DNA from: Verrucomicrobia bacterium UBA3869
Lineage (GTDB): Bacteria; Verrucomicrobiota; Verrucomicrobiia; Opitutales; UBA9783
Reading direction: 5' to 3'
Length of the DNA: 30,759 bases
NCBI GenBank assembly: GCA_002392285.1
Contig: DGGR01000007.1
Coordinates: 1 to 30,759 of the forward strand
Shown: positions 26,681 to 30,759 of the stretch, piece after piece
How positions within the stretch are numbered: the first letter of the stretch is position 1
Layout of the letters: every line of letters starts with the position of its first letter
Translations under genes and position numbers: made by a program
Notes under the pieces: generated by a model
Told to the model about the DNA's origin: nothing
What the model saw: the letters and a program-made list of their open reading frames with translations, nothing else
Databases searched by the model: none

Positions 26681-28054
26681 TTACAAATTGTAAGGTACAC
26701 CCACTTCAGGGTCAAGCACCTTCAGACCGCTTGCATTCTTAGCGAATTGGTCTGCAAACCATTGACGTGCGTCCGGATCTCCATGGGTTAATACTACCGC
26801 CTTTGGGTGCTGTAGAACGGCAAACTGATAGAGATCGTTACGGTCTGCATGACCGCTTAAATCAAAATGCTCAATACTCGCCTTAATAGGAGCTGTAAAA
26901 TGCGATTCCTCAAAGGTAAAGGTTTCCGCGTTTCGATTTTGTAACAGCTGCCCCCCAGGAGTAGTGGGGTCGCAATGGCCAACAAAACAAATTGAATTGT
27001 CGGAATCCCCGAGCAAACAAGCAGCAATGTTATACGCCGGTGTATGTTCCGCCAACATACCGCTACTCAATAAATAAATAGCGGGACGTTTTAGGCGCGT
27101 GGTATGCGGATCAATCTTTGACCGACGTAATTGCTTTATGTTCAACTGCTTTAGGATGTGACGGCTAAAGTTAACCGACCGTAATTTTTTACCCATCTCA
27201 TCAAAGGTATTGATGAGGGACATACCAAGTCCGGAGCAAAAAATAGGGCAGTTAGGTAATTGATGCGAACGCTTAGCATTGTACATTAACACTAAAAGTT
27301 CCTGAATACGTCCCAAAGCAAACGCGGGAATTAAGCAAGCTCCGCCGCGTTCAATGGTTTTGCGGATAATGCTCAACAGACGCTTTTCCTCATTGCGACG
27401 TAAAGCAGTGCGTTCGGTAGAACCCCGTGTGGTTTCGAGCATCAATACATCCAAATGATCTAACTGTGGAATTTGCGCTCCCCGTAACGAATTTTGATCA
27501 GAAAACAGGATATCTCCTGTAATAAACAACTGCCTACCTTCGTATTCAATCAGTACACTGACTGCTCCCAAAACGTGACCCGCTGGATACATCGTAATTT
27601 TTGCGCTATGCCCTTCTTTTGCGAGCGTATAACTTTGCCCAAAATTCAGGGTAAAAAAGCGTTTTTCAAGCGCCAGTACATCGGCTTTGGTAAACAAAGG
27701 ATATTCAGGTATTTCCTTCTCTTTCTTTTGCCGACACATAACCGAATACGAATTGTTAAGCATTAATGGAGCCAATAAGCTCGTGGGTATGCTTACCAAA
27801 ATCGGCGCTTTGGGTGCTTTCTTAGATAAAATAGGCAAGGTGCCTATATGATCTAAATGGCTATGGGTCAGGATGATAAAGTCAATCGGCTGATCTCCTA
27901 ATAGCGAAAAATTCGGCAGGGAATCATTGCCCAAATGCTTGGGATCCATACCCGAATCCACAACCAAACGGAAGGGACCTACCTGGATCAATAAGCAGTT
28001 AGCGCCAATATCCTTGCGACAATTTAAATCCTGTATAACGAATGGATTGTTCAT
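26681..28054 (-). CDS. MBL-fold metallo-hydrolase of the beta-CASP (RNA-metabolising) type
   Basis: HxHxDH motif (ILTHSHLDHIG), with later AGHVLGA, ETTRG and LSGHAD/THGD motifs in the order expected for beta-CASP nucleases; 457 aa. Confidence 0.8.
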   Translation of the reverse strand: MNNPFVIQDLNCRKDIGANCLLIQVGPFRLVVDSGMDPKHLGNDSLPNFSLLGDQPIDFIILTHSHLDHIGTLPILSKKAPKAPILVSIPTSLLAPLMLNNSYSVMCRQKKEKEIPEYPLFTKADVLALEKRFFTLNFGQSYTLAKEGHSAKITMYPAGHVLGAVSVLIEYEGRQLFITGDILFSDQNSLRGAQIPQLDHLDVLMLETTRGSTERTALRRNEEKRLLSIIRKTIERGGACLIPAFALGRIQELLVLMYNAKRSHQLPNCPIFCSGLGMSLINTFDEMGKKLRSVNFSRHILKQLNIKQLRRSKIDPHTTRLKRPAIYLLSSGMLAEHTPAYNIAACLLGDSDNSICFVGHCDPTTPGGQLLQNRNAETFTFEESHFTAPIKASIEHFDLSGHADRNDLYQFAVLQHPKAVVLTHGDPDARQWFADQFAKNASGLKVLDPEVGVPYNL

Positions 28055-28139
28055 ACTTACTTTAACTCTTTTAACCTAATCAAACCCAAAACAACTCTAG
28101 TGGGTTAAGCTAGTGAGGGTCGAATCTAATTGTTTATGT

Positions 28140-28521
28140 TGGTGGAGGTGGCGAGAATTGAACTCGCGTCTTTTGCACATGCCACAAAAACTTCTACATG
28201 TATAGTATCTCATTAATGTCCACTGCAATGCCATAGATACCTGTTTTGCAGTGTAAGTTGCAAAAAATACAGCACAGACCTGCAACGCTTCTTTGCTATA
28301 CTCGCTGAGACAGCTTTTAAAATCTAGCGAGCATGGATTTTAAAAGCAGAACTGTATAACTTACAATTCATTAAGGCCTAGGCAGCCATCCGTAAGGATG
28401 CGCCTGGGAATTTTACAACATTGTTTTCACTTATTGTTGCGATGGATTGATAACGAAGCCAACCATCTTCTCCGACATGCCGTTTTTATTCCATTTACAA
28501 AATCGAAACCGGAACACCCCC
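28140..28521 (-). ncRNA. ssrA: tmRNA (SsrA), one-piece, tag peptide ATISENNVVKFPGASLRMAA
   Basis: Minus strand 5' end: GGGGGTGTTCCGGTTTCGATT. The 3' end is GACGCGAGTTCAATTCTCGCCACCTCCACCA, with T-arm GCGAG/TTCAATT/CTCGC, an acceptor stem complementary to the 5' end including a G3:U pair, and an encoded CCA. The internal reading frame from resume codon GCA (28440) to TAG (28380-28378) reads GCA ACA ATA AGT GAA AAC AAT GTT GTA AAA TTC CCA GGC GCA TCC TTA CGG ATG GCT GCC TAG. Confidence 0.9.
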
Positions 28522-28612
28522 TTTTCTCTTTTATTTCTCCAATATAACTATTATAATATAACTTATTTGTTAACATCCATTATACATAAATGTCAAAACT
28601 TATCGAAGTAGA

Positions 28613-29707
28613 TTAGGGTACATAGCGCACTTCCATGCGATGAAAACTGCAGGAAATTTCCGCATCCAAACGCTGCGCATCATGAGCCATATCCTGCAAA
28701 GTATAATGATCGTTCAATAAATATACAACACCCTTATCTAATATCTCCTGGGGGACCGAACTTACATCGCAATTAATGAGGTTCATCGATACCCGCCCAA
28801 TCATTGGAGCCGTATACCATCGCGTGCCATCCGTCAAAAACACTTTACCGCAATTGCTTAAGCTGCGGGGAATACCATGCGCATACCCAATACCAATGAC
28901 AGCTGACTTTATCGGCTGCTTAACTTTATGGGTCGCTCCATACCCAACAAAATCTTCGGTTGTTAGCGAAGTAATTTGAATAATAGATGCTTGCAATGTA
29001 ATGGTGGGGGATAAAACAATCAATGATTGAGATTGATTAAAACCATACAGCAAAGCGCTACCGGTACGAACTTGAGCAACAGGATATCGTTGAGCATTAA
29101 TCGCATAAGCATCCAAGTTAATGCTTCCCGGTAGGTTAAAACAATGCAATCCACGACCATACCCTGTTAATTGACGTACGTTTTGCTGACGCTCAATATT
29201 AGCGTCCGACGTTATCCCAGGTTCTGCACAAGCAAAATGGGTTAAGATAAACAAAGCCCGAGCCTGCTTCAAACGATCAGCGGTTAACTGCGACCAATCG
29301 TGCTCAGGAACCCCTAAACGATTTAAACCTGTCTCTAAATTAATTACACATCCCGTAGGATGAGAGGCAACTAATCGTTCCCACAAAGTAAATTGCTGCA
29401 AATCATTAATAACCGGCGTTAAACCATAATCCTTAAAAACTTCTTTTGTACCTTCGGTAATCCCATTCAAAATATAAATGGGTAGGGTAGGGCATACTGA
29501 TCGAATGGCTATCCCTTCCGATGGGGTACAAACGTAAACACCAGGACATCCTACAGACACAAGCGCTTGCGCAATAGCTTGAGCCCCCAAACCATAAGCA
29601 TCCGCCTTTAACACAGGACAAACATCAACTGCACTGCTGGTATGTATCGCCTGGTAATTGTTTTTAATTGCATCTATGTGAACACTCAAAACTGGGTCAC
29701 TGATCAT
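28613..29707 (-). CDS. alr: alanine racemase
   Basis: PLP-lysine motif PVLKADAYGLGA near the N-terminus and the VGYGAT motif carrying the catalytic Tyr; 364 aa. Confidence 0.9.
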   Translation of the reverse strand: MISDPVLSVHIDAIKNNYQAIHTSSAVDVCPVLKADAYGLGAQAIAQALVSVGCPGVYVCTPSEGIAIRSVCPTLPIYILNGITEGTKEVFKDYGLTPVINDLQQFTLWERLVASHPTGCVINLETGLNRLGVPEHDWSQLTADRLKQARALFILTHFACAEPGITSDANIERQQNVRQLTGYGRGLHCFNLPGSINLDAYAINAQRYPVAQVRTGSALLYGFNQSQSLIVLSPTITLQASIIQITSLTTEDFVGYGATHKVKQPIKSAVIGIGYAHGIPRSLSNCGKVFLTDGTRWYTAPMIGRVSMNLINCDVSSVPQEILDKGVVYLLNDHYTLQDMAHDAQRLDAEISCSFHRMEVRYVP

Positions 29708-29715
29708 AGGCGAAA

Positions 29716-29746
29716 ATTATAATGCCCAAATAACATCTTATGTCAA
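29716..29746 (-). promoter_or_regulatory. candidate promoter of alr
   Basis: On the minus strand: TTGACA (29746-29741), a 19-nt spacer, then TATAAT (29721-29716). The -10 element ends only 8 nt upstream of the alr ATG (29707). Pattern match only. Confidence 0.35.
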
Positions 29747-29777
29747 ACCCTAGGGAAGGCTATATAGTAAGCATACC

Positions 29778-29805
29778 GAGGGTTCGAATCCATCCCTCTC
29801 CGCCA
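29778..29805 (+). other. isolated tRNA 3' fragment (T-arm + 3' acceptor strand + G + CCA), Ser/Leu-like ending
   Basis: GAGGG-TTCGAAT-CCATC-CCTCTCC-G-CCA shows a canonical T-loop, a T-stem with one G.A mismatch, a 7-nt acceptor strand, a discriminator G and CCA. No matching 5' acceptor strand, D-arm or anticodon arm is present in the preceding ~90 nt. Confidence 0.55.
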
Positions 29806-29825
29806 TAGAAGTGGCATGGCTCCTA

Positions 29826-29842
29826 CCCCCCCCCAAAAAAAA
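29826..29842 (+). repeat. homopolymeric C9 A8 tract
   Basis: Direct count gives nine C (29826-29834) immediately followed by eight A (29835-29842), located 86 nt upstream of the ATG at 29928. Confidence 0.95.
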
Positions 29843-29870
29843 GCTTGCAAATCCCCGAAAACCCCCACAA

Positions 29871-29930
29871 TCTTATAAGGAAACGCCTTATAAGGAAACA
29901 CCTTATAAGGAAACACCTTATAAGGAAATG
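29871..29930 (+). repeat. four tandem 15-bp repeats, each carrying the palindrome CCTTATAAGG; the last unit ends in the start codon
   Basis: The units are tcttataaggaaacg (29871-29885), ccttataaggaaaca (29886-29900), ccttataaggaaaca (29901-29915) and ccttataaggaaATG (29916-29930). CCTTATAAGG is its own reverse complement. Confidence 0.95.
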
Positions 29931-30759
29931 ACTAAAAGAGTAAGTTTATTATTAGCCCTAAGCATTGCCTTAGGGATACATGCTCCCTGTTATGGGTTGT
30001 ACGTTATGGTACGCTCCGGATTTGGAGAGCTAACAGGGGAGGATGTTGGAAGGATAAGCCATGGAAAAGATACGCCCGATGAGGGGATAGAGTATGACCT
30101 TTACCGTACTGAGGCGTATGACACTCCCATGGGTGCATTCAAATACAAAGATCACAAAAACCTATCGGTAGCCCTCGGTGGACGATTCGATATCTTTGAT
30201 ATCGGTTCATTCGGATTGGAATTGGAAATTCTAGGTGCTTATGCCAATTTAGACCAAAAGAATAGGAAGCTAACAGACTGGGATGGCTATGGGGCTCTAG
30301 CTCCTGATTTTGCTGCCATTGGCAATAGATATATCAAAGATCCAGACCAGGCGACACTTCTCAACCCTATCTACTTGTATCTCAAGAACCAACGAATTGC
30401 GGGAGCGCAGATCAATGCTTATTGGGAACAGTATATCTTAGATTGGTTATCCGTCGGTATCGGTGGCGGACTTGGTGGCGCTTATGTTTGTACCCGATTT
30501 ACTACACTAGAATGGTTTAGAAGAAATGCAGACCCAGGAGGAGAGGACTGGTTCAATGCAACTCTTCCCGTCCAACGTCATAAGTACGTCCATTCCGGTT
30601 CGTTGCTCTATAACTTTACCCTGTTTGTACGTGCCGAGCAGTTCGAAACCTTATTCGAAGTCGGCTACCGCCATATCGGCTTACATCAGATGTTCGGCGC
30701 TAAGTTGTACGGCTATACCATCCCAAAATTGGCCAACCTCCACTCCGACCAGGTCTATA
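29928..30759 (+). CDS. secreted/outer-membrane protein candidate, 3'-truncated by the window edge
   Basis: Hand translation is open from ATG 29928 to the end of the window (277 codons): MTKRVSLLLALSIALGIHAPCYGLYVMVRSGFGELTGEDVG...GGGLGGAYV...LFVRAEQFETLFEVGYRHIGL...GAKLYGYTIPKLANLHSDQVY. It has a classic n-h-c signal peptide. The Gly/aromatic-rich alternating segments are compatible with a beta-barrel. No family recognised. Confidence 0.55.
   Translation, partial: MTKRVSLLLALSIALGIHAPCYGLYVMVRSGFGELTGEDVGRISHGKDTPDEGIEYDLYRTEAYDTPMGAFKYKDHKNLSVALGGRFDIFDIGSFGLELEILGAYANLDQKNRKLTDWDGYGALAPDFAAIGNRYIKDPDQATLLNPIYLYLKNQRIAGAQINAYWEQYILDWLSVGIGGGLGGAYVCTRFTTLEWFRRNADPGGEDWFNATLPVQRHKYVHSGSLLYNFTLFVRAEQFETLFEVGYRHIGLHQMFGAKLYGYTIPKLANLHSDQVY

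Noticed and set aside
28115-28126. GAGGGTCGAATC as a second att-like copy pairing with the tRNA fragment at 29778, bracketing tmRNA and alr
   Set aside because: The similarity is only 12-13 nt with an indel. The enclosed segment holds two housekeeping genes and no mobility gene. It is probably chance.
19576-28139. The efflux block as a genomic island integrated at the tmRNA 3' end
   Set aside because: There is no integrase gene, I could find no direct repeat of the tmRNA 3' end (GGTGGCGAGAATTGAAC) at the distal side, and gene packing is the same as in the housekeeping flanks. A computational repeat search would be needed to exclude it fully.
28097-28285. 62-aa minus-strand ORF
   Set aside because: It falls inside the tmRNA gene (28140-28521) and is explained by the structured RNA, not by coding.
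29753-29805. A complete tRNA gene, or a minihelix using GGGAAGG (29753-29759) as the 5' acceptor strand
   Set aside because: Only 53 nt are available. There is no D-arm or anticodon arm, and the acceptor pairing needs a mismatch. I report only a 3' fragment.
29871-29930. The 15-bp repeats as a CRISPR array or as a coding pentapeptide repeat
   Set aside because: The units are contiguous with no spacers and are far shorter than CRISPR repeats. Coding use (PYKET x4) would require a non-ATG start upstream of a perfectly placed signal peptide. I keep it as an alternative in the finding, not as the gene model.

Overview
This 30.8 kb window is almost entirely coding, with about 29 protein genes and one tmRNA. 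Genes are tightly packed, with many stop/start overlaps (TAATG, ATGA and overlaps of up to 32 nt), and I found only one convincing intrinsic terminator. It looks like the core of a compact chromosome rather than an accessory island. Product calls rest on motifs I read in the supplied translations; no searches were run.

Gene content:
- Minus-strand chain: nusB-ftsY-rmuC, then mcsB-like-clpC-cysS.
- Plus-strand chain: fabV, a family-4 uracil-DNA glycosylase (UDG), an adenylate-kinase-like kinase, two paralogous MFS transporters, and nth.
- Minus-strand efflux block: beta-CASP MBL hydrolase, MATE, TolC-like outer-membrane factor, membrane-fusion protein, RND pump and mnmA.
- Also present: gmk, rsmG, a CPBP protease, tsaE, ogt and alr.
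- Three features are missing from the ORF track. One is a one-piece tmRNA (28140-28521, minus) encoding the tag ATISENNVVKFPGASLRMAA. The other two are edge-truncated ORFs at 1-466 (minus) and 29928-30759 (plus, a signal-peptide protein).

An McsB/ClpC pair alongside outer-membrane efflux components in a compact genome would fit a PVC/Chlamydiae-like bacterium, but that is a guess.

I see no recognisable defence, mobile-element, CRISPR or biosynthetic system, and no clear-cut novel multi-gene system. The best leads are:
1. An intact McsB-like gene, translationally coupled to clpC, in which most phosphagen-kinase catalytic residues appear substituted.
2. The right-end locus, where a tRNA 3' fragment, a C9A8 tract and four 15-bp repeats carrying the palindrome CCTTATAAGG run straight into the start codon of a secreted or outer-membrane protein.
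3. A same-strand cluster in which two DNA glycosylases bracket an atypical NMP kinase and two MFS paralogues.
4. A six-gene efflux block directly downstream of the tmRNA.
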